A DNA stretch of 26,680 nucleotides. Source: a virus. Taxonomy: Duplodnaviria > Heunggongvirae > Uroviricota > Caudoviricetes. How positions within the stretch are numbered: position 1 is the stretch's first letter; each line of letters opens with the position of its first letter. Shown here piece by piece: positions 16,679-25,775 of the stretch. The position numbers and the translations under genes were made by a program. The notes under the pieces are model-generated. The model did not search any database, was not told the DNA's origin, and was given only the letters and a program-made list of their open reading frames with translations. The stretch lies in IMG/VR virus record IMGVR_UViG_3300011727_000001, positions 83,900 through 110,579 of that record. One strand, 5' to 3'.

Positions 16679-17233
16679 TGCATTAATAGCCGCGGCAAGA
16701 TCGCCGGTGATAGCAGCCTGATTAATGTTTTGATTAACTGATTGTTTTGAAGGAGAATTCTCGGCTTCGATTTTCTTGCGTGGTTGGCTTTTAATCGGCT
16801 CGAATTCACTCGCGACGCGGCTTGGCTTACCGGGAGCGGTTCTCATCTGTTCATCGATCCGAGTATTCGCCGACAACAATAGAGCGCGTTCAGCGTCAGG
16901 AACGCGATATTGATCCATAATATTTTCGCGCATCATTACCGGCCGGATACGCTCCAGCAGAGACAGCATCAACTTGCCGTCTTTTGGCGCTTTCGAACCA
17001 TGATGATCATTATCCCAATCGCTATTATAAGCGTATCGGCGAACCATTTCAGAAGCGGGACATTTCGAGCAAGCCATTGCAGCTTGACATCCGCGACGCA
17101 CTTCGGTTCTGACACCTGCATAAAACATATCCCTGAGCTTGACACAGGCGCCCATACGGGTCGTCGTGTTGAAAAGGGGGCATGTGAATTGAAACTGATT
17201 ACTGTATGAGAGACTGTCGAAGGTTTTAGGCAT
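16676..17233 (-). CDS. Cys/His-rich hypothetical protein
   Basis: CP...C...GC..A..CSKCP...DHHG; coupled to the upstream gene. Confidence 0.8.
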   Translation of the reverse strand: MPKTFDSLSYSNQFQFTCPLFNTTTRMGACVKLRDMFYAGVRTEVRRGCQAAMACSKCPASEMVRRYAYNSDWDNDHHGSKAPKDGKLMLSLLERIRPVMMRENIMDQYRVPDAERALLLSANTRIDEQMRTAPGKPSRVASEFEPIKSQPRKKIEAENSPSKQSVNQNINQAAITGDLAAAINA

Positions 17234-17760
17234 CAGAACCTCCCAAATTTAGGATTTGAGCGCAGAACGTCCAGCTCTTTCTCTCGCTCTGCTCTTTCCA
17301 CAGCCGCCACCGCGTCCGGGTCAAATTTTACCCGACGACGATATTCACCAATGTAATTATCATCATCGTCGCGATTAGACTCCGGCTCTCGCATTCCTGC
17401 GGTGTCATAATTGGGATCAAGATGAGTGACATTCGATGCGCCAATTTTCGGGAACACAGTTCGACCGATGACCAGGCTTAGCTTTTCAGGCGCATCAACA
17501 CTAACAATCTTTTCGTCGGTTATTTGATAACCTTTAGAGCTGGATTGGCGCTTCATTACCTCTTTTGTGTAATCGTTTTCGGCCTCGGCTACAGTGTCAA
17601 ACTTTGCAACTCTTACCTGCCCGATTGCGCCCTTTGCGCCCCATCTTCGAACCACAATTGCTTTGCCCTGGGCGTTAGCCATCAGAGTGATAAAATATTC
17701 TTTTGTCCCACCTTTATGGGTCAAAGAACACTTCGTTCCTTCCATTGGATAAACAGACAT
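17233..17760 (-). CDS. WGR-domain protein
   Basis: 'KEYFITL....AIVVRRWGAKGAIGQ...F...AEAE.....K.....KGY' fits the WGR pattern. Confidence 0.75.
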   Translation of the reverse strand: MSVYPMEGTKCSLTHKGGTKEYFITLMANAQGKAIVVRRWGAKGAIGQVRVAKFDTVAEAENDYTKEVMKRQSSSKGYQITDEKIVSVDAPEKLSLVIGRTVFPKIGASNVTHLDPNYDTAGMREPESNRDDDDNYIGEYRRRVKFDPDAVAAVERAEREKELDVLRSNPKFGRF

Positions 17761-17802
17761 ATCTTTTCTCTCTCTTTGCAGCGTGTTCGCGCTTATGACT
17801 GT

Positions 17803-17843
17803 TTTATAGCGAAAGCTGATAGGGATAACTAACTAATTACTTA
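17803..17843 (-). promoter_or_regulatory. Promoter for WGR-ligase unit with operator over the -35 region
   Basis: -10 CGCTATAAA 17803-17811; operator TAACTAACTAATTACTTA 17826-17843, overlapping the primase stop. Confidence 0.7.
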
Positions 17844-18929
17844 TTGTTTTGATTTGCCATAAGGGTTTCGCAAGCGCCATTGAATATCCAGCGTCGGCGT
17901 CCAAACTTTTGCATCCTGATACGCTCTAACCACGACCTCCGGAAGCACCTCGTTGGGGTCTTTACCAGCCGGCAATAGAGCTATTTTAACAACCAACCCG
18001 ATACCGGTAAGTAACTTCGCGGCATTTAGCGCTGCTGTAAGAGCGTTCTCTTCCCCGTCCCACATTATAGTTACTTGGCGAACACCCCTTGCCTTAAGCT
18101 GATTAAAGCGACCTAGCTGATCGTTACCATCCATTGCGCCATAGGAGAGGTGTTTACCAAAGGAGCCAACCGCAACGACATGCCTTAAAGAGACCTCCTC
18201 ATCGAAAGCTATTTTCATTGCAGCAACGTCGAAGAAGCCCTCTCCCATCGCGACTTCCTGCGTTGCGTGAACATTTTGACCATTCAAGAGAAAGCGACCG
18301 GTGCCGGGAAGCATTTTAGGAAAGAGATATTTCCGCTGACTTGCTCCGGTTATATCGCGCCCTTGAAAAGTCATGAGTTTGCCATCGAGATCGTAAACTG
18401 GAATAATCACTCGATTATCGAACGGCTGCCGCTTTTTCTCGCCGTCTTCCTCGAACTGCCACCAGCCAAATTCGCAATAACTTAGACCAAAATATCGCGA
18501 ATATTCAGCCGTAATGCCTCGCTGTTCCAGATACTGAAGATTTGACCCATCTTCTGTTGGTAGTTCAAGACTGTATGGAAGGGCGACTTCGCCATGATCA
18601 ACCATTACAGCAGCAATACGCTTTGGCCGCCAACCCTGTTCTTTAAGCAACTCCTGCGCTCTATCAAACGCTTCACGCCATTCGAGCTGGAAATGCTCCT
18701 TGATAAATTTCATCTTTGTGTAGGGAAAATTGCATACGAAACAGTTCCCAACACCGGAATCGGCATTCAGATAAACGCGCCAACGACTGTCACCACACGC
18801 AGGGCAGTGCTTGGCGTTAAGCTGCATTCCTGACGCGCCGCGAGACATCTTGTAAGGAAGGCTTTCGCGTTCAAAAAGGAACTCTATATCGAGCTCCTTT
18901 CGAATTTCATCTGCATCGATCCTAGACAT
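17841..18929 (-). CDS. DNA primase (Zn ribbon + TOPRIM)
   Basis: CPACGD...CFVC; RVIIP...FQGR...KY; TOPRIM EGFFD ... MWDGE; KDPNE. Confidence 0.93.
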   Translation of the reverse strand: MSRIDADEIRKELDIEFLFERESLPYKMSRGASGMQLNAKHCPACGDSRWRVYLNADSGVGNCFVCNFPYTKMKFIKEHFQLEWREAFDRAQELLKEQGWRPKRIAAVMVDHGEVALPYSLELPTEDGSNLQYLEQRGITAEYSRYFGLSYCEFGWWQFEEDGEKKRQPFDNRVIIPVYDLDGKLMTFQGRDITGASQRKYLFPKMLPGTGRFLLNGQNVHATQEVAMGEGFFDVAAMKIAFDEEVSLRHVVAVGSFGKHLSYGAMDGNDQLGRFNQLKARGVRQVTIMWDGEENALTAALNAAKLLTGIGLVVKIALLPAGKDPNEVLPEVVVRAYQDAKVWTPTLDIQWRLRNPYGKSKQ

Positions 18930-20260
18930 TATTCACGCCCAATTACTTTGTTCAGAAACTGCATTTTTTGACGATTTTGCTTAATACGCAGCGAGAACCC
19001 ATCTTCAGTGTTACGTGAAAGCGCCCAATACAAACGCGCCTCACCCGCTGCTTTTTCCGCATCAGTGGCGTTAATGCCGATCAAAATGTCCACGGTGCGA
19101 GCTTTATTCCAATCATCGCCAACATCTGTGGCCTTAGCAGTTGCGGCCTTCGCACCGTCGCGATTAGTTTGGGTTGCCGTTAAAAGCGCGGCGTCAAACT
19201 CATGTGCAATCGCGCGGAGATCAATATAGATTGTGCGGAGATTTTCCTGAAGGTTATCTGAACGGTATTCCGAGGCCATAATGTCAGCGTAATCGACCGT
19301 AATCAGGTCAAAAATAATACCGTCATTCCGGTATTCTTCTATGATGCGATACAGCTGAGACGGCTTCAATGTCCCTGAAGCAAAGTCACGCATTTTGAAC
19401 GCGCCGGATTTTGCTTCTACAGCCTGAATTTTAGCCTTAACTTGAGCGGGATCGACCGCCAGATCCTTAATCATCGTATCGGATAGAGCGGCGTCAATGC
19501 GCTCGGCGATAATCCAACTCGCGACTTCGCACGATCCATAAAAGGCGTTAAATCCAGCCAATGAGGCGTTTTTGGTAAAATCGCCCAAACCAAGCGATTT
19601 ACCTGCTTTCGCCGCCCCCATGAGACAGGACAATTCGCGCCGCCCCCAACCTGCATGGAACAGACAGGCGTCAATTCCTGAGTATCCGGTGGTAATGCCG
19701 CGCTTAACAAGCCTGCCGGCCTTAATATCCTCACGGCGCTGAGTTCGGCTCACGATCTCTTTAAAGTAATCGTAATCTTGGCTCTCAATTTCATTTCCGA
19801 CTGAGAGCGCTTGCTTCATCAACTTCTCAATCGATTTCCAGTCTTTCTTTTCGAGAGCCGGAAGCGATGCCATGATAGCTTGTTCAACCGCCTGGTGCCG
19901 AGCAAAGTCGCGCACTTTGTCGATCACAAAGTTGGAATTCGAAAGATCGACATTTTTTCCAATCGCGCTTTTTACAACAGCGAGAACGTCATCCTTCATA
20001 TCCGCACGAATACGCTTTTGACCAAACGCGTCTTTCAGTAGCGTTGGTAGAATACGAACATCAGGTGCGCTTTTATAGGTTTTGAGGTAATCCTGAACCA
20101 TATTAATCACGGCGCCGTCAGCGGCTTCGGTGAAATATTCAGCCTTAATCAAATCCTTGGTGCGCATAGCGAATTGGGTATCGCGCATAAACAGAGAAAC
20201 GACTTTACTCTGGAACGCTCGATCAAATTCGTATGTGGGTTGCTCAAATTCATCACTCAT
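18929..20260 (-). CDS. Replicative DnaB-like (T4 gp41-type) helicase
   Basis: Walker A GAAKAGKS, ITVDYADI, TATQTNR motifs; coupled to primase. Confidence 0.93.
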   Translation of the reverse strand: MSDEFEQPTYEFDRAFQSKVVSLFMRDTQFAMRTKDLIKAEYFTEAADGAVINMVQDYLKTYKSAPDVRILPTLLKDAFGQKRIRADMKDDVLAVVKSAIGKNVDLSNSNFVIDKVRDFARHQAVEQAIMASLPALEKKDWKSIEKLMKQALSVGNEIESQDYDYFKEIVSRTQRREDIKAGRLVKRGITTGYSGIDACLFHAGWGRRELSCLMGAAKAGKSLGLGDFTKNASLAGFNAFYGSCEVASWIIAERIDAALSDTMIKDLAVDPAQVKAKIQAVEAKSGAFKMRDFASGTLKPSQLYRIIEEYRNDGIIFDLITVDYADIMASEYRSDNLQENLRTIYIDLRAIAHEFDAALLTATQTNRDGAKAATAKATDVGDDWNKARTVDILIGINATDAEKAAGEARLYWALSRNTEDGFSLRIKQNRQKMQFLNKVIGRE

Positions 20261-20523
20261 TACAGCACCATGAAATAAGTAAGCGATGACTTATAATATA
20301 CGCTAAAATAAGCGCTATCATTCCGGCTCAATTTCAGCGAAAACTGATCCGCAGCCACCAATGTTCCTTCGATCGGATCACTTTCATCAAGAGTCTTAAT
20401 ACGGATCTTTTTGCCAATCGCAGCTTGAAGATCATCCTGATGCGACCACGTTTTCGGTTTTGATGCTTTAAATGTGATTGTTTGATTTTTTGGGCGATAA
20501 CCGTCCCGACGAAAACCTGTCAT
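20260..20523 (-). CDS. Hfq/Sm-like RNA-binding protein
   Basis: 'HQDDLQAAIGKKIRIKTLD...IEGTLVAADQFSLKL....VYYKSSLTYF' aligns by eye with the Hfq core (QD..L; G.I..FDQF.I.L; YKHAIST). Confidence 0.65.
   Translation of the reverse strand: MTGFRRDGYRPKNQTITFKASKPKTWSHQDDLQAAIGKKIRIKTLDESDPIEGTLVAADQFSLKLSRNDSAYFSVYYKSSLTYFMVL
20276..20303 (-). promoter_or_regulatory. Operator TAAGTAAGCGATGACTTA and -10-like GCGTATATT inside the Hfq-like CDS
   Basis: Operator 20276-20293 (one mismatch) just upstream of the helicase ATG; -10-like element 20295-20303. Confidence 0.6.
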
Positions 20524-20541
20524 TTCTAAACTCTCTTTGTG

Positions 20542-20573
20542 CTATTTAGCTACATAGCTTTATAGCTAAATAG
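20542..20573 (-). promoter_or_regulatory. 11-bp inverted repeat CTATTTAGCTA-N10-TAGCTAAATAG around -10 AGCTATAAA
   Basis: Arms 20542-20552 and 20563-20573; same TTTAGCTA word as in the ssb promoter. Confidence 0.6.
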
Positions 20574-20581
20574 TTAAGGGG

Positions 20582-21340
20582 TTAGTGAATATAAGAACGA
20601 GCGATTTCGAAGACGCCCTCTTCCACCCTGCTTTTAATTTTTTCAACGGATAGACGATCTTCATTCACGAAACGACCAAGCATTTCACCCGGATTCGAAC
20701 GTAAATTCGCCTGCTTAAAAAGCCACTCATGATAATCTTTTTGATGCGGCAATTCGTTATAGTTTTCAATCATATAGGCCGGATGGTCGCTCGTGTATAA
20801 TCGCGATGCCTGTAGCTCTGGCCAACGCTGCTCAATTCGGTTTACCACCAAATCGGAATAAAGATGCTGCGGTTGAGGAAGATAATTCCGATTCCAATAA
20901 CGAAGGCGATATTCGAAGGCGAGATCGAGATAAATTTCATAAGGCATACCTAGTAAATCCGCCATTTGTCGGCCATGCCAACAAGCAGTAAATTGCATTT
21001 TCGCCTTTTTATGAGTTGAGCTTTCAGGAGCGGCCAGTCCGTTAAAAATATCGTCGATATTAACCGTTCTGACGTATTTGGCCGCTGTATGATCAATGTT
21101 CTGGGCGTAATGACGACGATAAACTTCATCATATGCCTGAATATAAAGACGCGTAGCCTGCAGCGGTGTCAAATGACGATAATCAAACCACTTTTGACTA
21201 AAAAGCTGCGTTTCAAACTTTAGGGTCTCTTCGTTTTGTATAAACTGATAAGCGACAACATCATCCTCAAACGGGGAATTTCGTAGCGGAATATCCCCGT
21301 TTGAGGAGTTTTCATTTTGGAAGTCCATCATAATAATCAA
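20582..21340 (-). CDS. Hypothetical protein, ~250 aa, upstream of helicase cluster
   Basis: Long open frame with own -10 (TGCTATAAT 21361-21369) and operator (21374-21391); exact start uncertain among three ATGs. Confidence 0.85.
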   Translation of the reverse strand: MIIMMDFQNENSSNGDIPLRNSPFEDDVVAYQFIQNEETLKFETQLFSQKWFDYRHLTPLQATRLYIQAYDEVYRRHYAQNIDHTAAKYVRTVNIDDIFNGLAAPESSTHKKAKMQFTACWHGRQMADLLGMPYEIYLDLAFEYRLRYWNRNYLPQPQHLYSDLVVNRIEQRWPELQASRLYTSDHPAYMIENYNELPHQKDYHEWLFKQANLRSNPGEMLGRFVNEDRLSVEKIKSRVEEGVFEIARSYIH

Positions 21341-21360
21341 CCATTTTGTTATTTCTGTTC

Positions 21361-21391
21361 ATTATAGCAGAAATAACTAGGTGATTACTTA
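21361..21391 (-). promoter_or_regulatory. Extended -10 TGCTATAAT with operator TAACTAGGTGATTACTTA
   Basis: Seen directly in sequence. Confidence 0.7.
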
Positions 21392-21395
21392 TTGA

Positions 21396-22145
21396 TTAAG
21401 GCCGCTCATACACCTCGACGATTTGCTGACAAAGACCGGAGCGCACAATTTCATCACGGGAAAATTCAATCACACTTACGGAATCCAGATTTCGGGTGCG
21501 ATCAATAGCATCTTTCAATCCTGACAAAACACCATCATCTACCTGAGAAGTGTCACCGTTAATTACAAACTTTGCGTTTTTACCGATACGCGTAAGAAAG
21601 GCTTTAAATTCCGCCTTTGTTGCGTTTTGCATTTCATCTGCAATCACCCATGCATCTTTAAGCGTTCGTCCGCGGATAAACGCCAAAGGAATTGGCTCAA
21701 TTTTTCCAGATTTGAGACAATACTCGTAAAATCCCGAACCAAGCGCTTCAACGAATGCTTCTTTGACTGGAATGAGATACGGAGCGAACTTTTCATCCAA
21801 TTCGCCAGGAAGGAAGCCCATTCCTTCGCCCACCTCTACAGCCGGACGTGTAACGTATATTTTGTTAATCTTACCACTTTTCAGCTCTTCTGCCGCCCGC
21901 TGAATGGCGAACCAGGTTTTACCCGTCCCAGCCGGCCCTACTCCGTAAATAATATCGCTTGTTTTAAAAGCAGCATCATATGCACGCTGACCACCAGTCA
22001 ACGGTTTTACAGGTGTCTGACGTGCAGGAACTGGCGGTGTCGGAAGGGATCGATCGAGGGACGCAACGAGGCGAGAATTATCACGAGCAGATTCACGCGC
22101 ATCTCGACGGGTCTGTCGTGCGTGGGCTTTCTTCTGTTTTGCCAT
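21396..22145 (-). CDS. phoH: PhoH-family ATPase
   Basis: GPAGTGKT, TRPAVE, GFLPG, RGRTL, DEMQN, GD..QVD, VRS motifs. Start set at ATG 22145 (GGAG RBS, promoter at 22182-22190). Confidence 0.93.
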   Translation of the reverse strand: MAKQKKAHARQTRRDARESARDNSRLVASLDRSLPTPPVPARQTPVKPLTGGQRAYDAAFKTSDIIYGVGPAGTGKTWFAIQRAAEELKSGKINKIYVTRPAVEVGEGMGFLPGELDEKFAPYLIPVKEAFVEALGSGFYEYCLKSGKIEPIPLAFIRGRTLKDAWVIADEMQNATKAEFKAFLTRIGKNAKFVINGDTSQVDDGVLSGLKDAIDRTRNLDSVSVIEFSRDEIVRSGLCQQIVEVYERP

Positions 22146-22181
22146 GAGGAGCTCCAGTGGAGAGATAATCAATACCTCTCC

Positions 22182-22221
22182 ACTATAGCGAGCTTTCAAC
22201 TAATAAGTAAGCAAATACTTA
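22182..22221 (-). promoter_or_regulatory. phoH promoter (-10 CGCTATAGT) with operator TAAGTAAGCAAATACTTA
   Basis: -10 22182-22190; operator 22204-22221. Confidence 0.7.
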
Positions 22222-22230
22222 TTATTGTTA

Positions 22231-23310
22231 TTAATTTGGTATAGTTTTACCAACCAGACGACCAGATCCTGTGAGGCTAATACGCTGAACGCCCCAAATA
22301 GAGAAGCTGTCGCCACCAGCTGCGCCACCTGATCCAGCCCCGACGTTACCAGCTGCGCCGGTGGCTCCAGCTCCGCCAGGTTGACCCCAGTCACCACCGT
22401 CGCCGCCGCGACCGCCGCGACCAGCATTGGTTCCACCCCACTGACCATCCTGTCCGTTAGTTCGCGCAATACCGTAACCGACACCGACACCACCGGCGCC
22501 ACCCGCTCCGCCGTTAGTTCCATACCAATCAGTTTTATCTCTAACGATACCGCTAGCTTGATATGTTCCCTGATAGCCCATTTCTCTAGGAATATTATAA
22601 GTGCCAACTTTGTGATAAGCCCAACCGTCGCCGGGGTAAAACGGAGATGGCGGCAACCAACTGCTGGAGTTATGCATCCGCCAGCCATTCCATACGATAA
22701 TCCAACGTGACCACTCGCTGTAATCACCGCCGCCTGATCTTTCGTAATATCTTTCTTCACCGTAATGGAACGAGCCTTTACTGAAATGCTGACCGTTTAC
22801 AGGCTCACGAGTATAAACGGAATAATTACCGGCGCCGCCTTTACCACCAGCACCACCGTTACCGCCGCGACCTCTAATGATCCCGTTATTAATCACCGGA
22901 ACGATAGACGTCACGCCTTGGTCGATAGCCAAACCTTCGACAACAGTGCCACCTGAAAGAATGCCAGTCGGTGTAATTTCAAGGATAAATTCACCCCCAT
23001 ACTGCGTATCAATACGCAGGGAGTTTCTTTCACCAGTAACCCGTAGCCGCTTCTTCTTATTGGAGCTCCACAAACCAGCTTCGTAATTATTGAAGATGGC
23101 AGAACACAGATTAAGGCCATTACCCAATGGAGCATCGATAACGATTTCGGAAGATTTACCGCGAAGGTCATTAAATGAGATAGGGCCGCTTGGCTTCTCT
23201 GCTAAGGCGCGCACCGCTGCGTCATTAAGATTGAAAGGCGCATTCTGCGCGCGCCCAAGCTCAATATTAATCATAGCGGCAGTGATAATACCGGAAGACG
23301 GAAGTGTCAT
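22231..23310 (-). CDS. Gly-rich tail-tip adhesin / receptor-binding protein (gp38-like)
   Basis: Short N-terminal cap MTLPSSGIITAAMINIELG; repeated GRGGNGGAGG motifs flanking an aromatic-rich (W/Y) insert; ATGA-coupled to the fibre gene. Confidence 0.7.
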   Translation of the reverse strand: MTLPSSGIITAAMINIELGRAQNAPFNLNDAAVRALAEKPSGPISFNDLRGKSSEIVIDAPLGNGLNLCSAIFNNYEAGLWSSNKKKRLRVTGERNSLRIDTQYGGEFILEITPTGILSGGTVVEGLAIDQGVTSIVPVINNGIIRGRGGNGGAGGKGGAGNYSVYTREPVNGQHFSKGSFHYGEERYYERSGGGDYSEWSRWIIVWNGWRMHNSSSWLPPSPFYPGDGWAYHKVGTYNIPREMGYQGTYQASGIVRDKTDWYGTNGGAGGAGGVGVGYGIARTNGQDGQWGGTNAGRGGRGGDGGDWGQPGGAGATGAAGNVGAGSGGAAGGDSFSIWGVQRISLTGSGRLVGKTIPN

Positions 23311-25775
23311 GCTTGCCCCCGCTTCAACTCATTCACCTCACTTTTCAGCTCTTTAACCGCCTCGATGAGAATACCCACGATGTTACCATAAGATACGGAA
23401 AGCGTTTTTTGCTCATCCTCACCCTCATGAACAACTTCAGGGGCGACCTTTTTCATCTCCTGCGCAATTACGCCGATGTTACTCTCGCCATTCATAGTGA
23501 AGCGCACGCCACGCATCCTGACAATCATAGCAAGAGCATCTGTGATGGTTTCAATATCCGTCTTAAGCCTTTCATCTGAATAGGCTGAGATGTTGCCAGC
23601 TGCCGTCAGCGAGCCACGCATTCCCATGTCACCATTGCGAGTATTAAACCAGTGTGAGTATTCGCCAGCAGGCACAGGCGAGCCCTCAATACTTGGAGAA
23701 AGACCGATGCCATACCATGAGACGAGCTTCAAATTATTGGTCGTGGAGGTTGCGCCATCACCATTACCGCCACCAATCCACTGAGTCGCGGTAGTATTAC
23801 CGTCGCGAAGGAAGCGGACATTTCCCCTAACCGTTCCACCTTCAATACTAAACTTATTGTTCAGCGCCTCTTGAAGACTGCTAACACCGGCAATCGTATG
23901 AGTATGTGTCGCCCCAGCATAACGCGCATCGTAACTGATTTGCAGATTGTTTTTGATATCATTCCAAGAGGCTCGAAACTTACCACCGGCCAAGTCAACC
24001 CAGGGAAAACGAGCTGTGTCGGCGGTCATATCTACAGCCGAATACGTCCACGCCTGAATAAGAGTTTCATAGGTTGACGCCGCAAGCGAACTGCTCAGCT
24101 TAGCATCGAGTGCCGTCTGTAGACCGGAAACACCACCGATTGCCAGGTTAGTGCTGAATGCCGAAATAGCAGCCGTCACAAATGCGGTTGTGGCAATTTG
24201 TGTTGTATTGGTGCCTGGGGTTGCTGTCGGGGCTTTAGGCGCGTCAGTAAACGTCGGAGATGATGTCGGGGCTTTAGCATCCAAAAGAGCCTGCAGGCCG
24301 TCAACACCTTCAACACCGTGCGTATGGCTCTTTTCAGCCTTACTAGCCATTCCGTTATTCAAAGCGGTAGCGACAAAAGCTGTTGTCGCGATTTCGGTAT
24401 TCGAAGTTCCGGATGCTGGTGTAGGTGCTGTTGGCTTGCCGGTTAGCTCCGGACTTGCCAATGGAGCTTTATTTTGACCTAGCGCTGTGAGCCCGGCGTT
24501 GATGTCGAGGAGATCCTGAACCAACCCCTCAATATCGCTCTTACCGTGCTTATGTCCCTCAACGGATAAACCAGACGCCAAAATTGCGTTCTTTACGAAT
24601 TCGGTGCTCGCAATGCGCTTCGAGGTGTCTGCTGTTTCTTGGGTTTTAACGGTTGGATCGCCAGTAAAAACCGGGCTAGCCAAAGGCGCCTTCGCTTCTA
24701 AAGCTTCAGGCAGGCCGTTGACGTCAATAATTCCGTGCTTGTGATTTTTATCCGCTTTCGTGTTGATAAGTGAAAGCAGTGTTTCATGCTCACCCTCACC
24801 TGCAACAATACGATCAGCGATTTCCTTAAGGGTGTCGAGATCCTCCGGCGCCATGCCAACAATTCGTTGAATAGCGGCCACAACAAAGGCTGTATTGGCG
24901 ATTTGATCGCTATCCGTGCCTGGCGCTGCGGTTGGAGCTGTAGGAACGCCTGTAAGAGCCGGTGAGGCTAACGGCGCCTTGTCAGAAACCGCTTGCTTAA
25001 CACGCTCCGCCGTCCAGTTCCGTGGCGTTACTGAGGTGCCGGCTTTGGCTTCAGTCTCGGACACAGTTTCCAATTTTTCGCCAGCGCCAATATTCTCACG
25101 AACAGCGGCTGGATTGGCGAAATCCGAGCCATTATTGGCGCTTTTGATATAATCCGCTGGATTAAAAAGCGATGCTCGATCAGCCGCCTGCTCGGCGCGA
25201 ACTGCAGCATCTTCGGATCTATTGGCATTTTGACCTGATGAGATTTCGTGTCGAGATGATCCAAGCTCATGCTGTTCCGCAACAGCAGCAGCTGTTTGAG
25301 CGGCATCGCGAGCGAGACTGGTTTGCTCATTTAGAGTTACGACAACTTGCTTGGCCGCATTCGTATCATCTCGCGCCGCGCGTGCTTCATTTCGCAACAG
25401 CTCTGTAGCCGCACGCAATCCTTCGGTCGCGTCACGTTTCGATTCAACCTCGGTTGCCGTTTGACTTACAGCGTGAGCCGTCTGATTGACAGCTTGCTGC
25501 GTCGCCACAACATCCGATTTAATTACTTTCGCCTCGTCTCGAAGCGCGAGCGTATTGGCGTGAAGCGTCTGCATCTCAGGAGTAACAATAGCATCCTTAC
25601 CAGGATTGCCCTGTATTCCCTGAATACCTTGCTTGCCCTGTGGCCCTTGAATACCTTGCTTACCCTGTGGCCCCGGCGCACCCACGCCTTGCAACTCAAC
25701 CGAAGGCGCGTCATCACCAAAATATTGAATTTCGATGAAATCACTTGCCGGTGTGATAACGATTTGATCTGCCAT
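23307..25775 (-). CDS. Long tail fibre with collagen repeats, internal tail repeats and C-terminal peptidase S74 chaperone
   Basis: (GPQGKQGIQ)n; coiled coil; 4x KAPLASP.LTG.PTAPT...T.QIA.TAFV; several H.H.I..V.GL..AL..K repeats; YSDERLK...GVIAQE...VSY..IVG.LIEAVKEL. Confidence 0.92.
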   Translation of the reverse strand: MADQIVITPASDFIEIQYFGDDAPSVELQGVGAPGPQGKQGIQGPQGKQGIQGIQGNPGKDAIVTPEMQTLHANTLALRDEAKVIKSDVVATQQAVNQTAHAVSQTATEVESKRDATEGLRAATELLRNEARAARDDTNAAKQVVVTLNEQTSLARDAAQTAAAVAEQHELGSSRHEISSGQNANRSEDAAVRAEQAADRASLFNPADYIKSANNGSDFANPAAVRENIGAGEKLETVSETEAKAGTSVTPRNWTAERVKQAVSDKAPLASPALTGVPTAPTAAPGTDSDQIANTAFVVAAIQRIVGMAPEDLDTLKEIADRIVAGEGEHETLLSLINTKADKNHKHGIIDVNGLPEALEAKAPLASPVFTGDPTVKTQETADTSKRIASTEFVKNAILASGLSVEGHKHGKSDIEGLVQDLLDINAGLTALGQNKAPLASPELTGKPTAPTPASGTSNTEIATTAFVATALNNGMASKAEKSHTHGVEGVDGLQALLDAKAPTSSPTFTDAPKAPTATPGTNTTQIATTAFVTAAISAFSTNLAIGGVSGLQTALDAKLSSSLAASTYETLIQAWTYSAVDMTADTARFPWVDLAGGKFRASWNDIKNNLQISYDARYAGATHTHTIAGVSSLQEALNNKFSIEGGTVRGNVRFLRDGNTTATQWIGGGNGDGATSTTNNLKLVSWYGIGLSPSIEGSPVPAGEYSHWFNTRNGDMGMRGSLTAAGNISAYSDERLKTDIETITDALAMIVRMRGVRFTMNGESNIGVIAQEMKKVAPEVVHEGEDEQKTLSVSYGNIVGILIEAVKELKSEVNELKRGQA

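Noticed and set aside
22200-22760. 186-aa same-strand alternative-frame ORF inside the adhesin gene
   Set aside because: Val/Ala-rich frame-shifted reading of poly-Gly codons; would run over the phoH promoter.
23880-25000. Nucleotide repeats in the tail fibre as CRISPR or DGR template/variable repeats
   Set aside because: Degenerate in-frame protein repeats; no fixed repeat-spacer period, cas genes or reverse transcriptase in the window.
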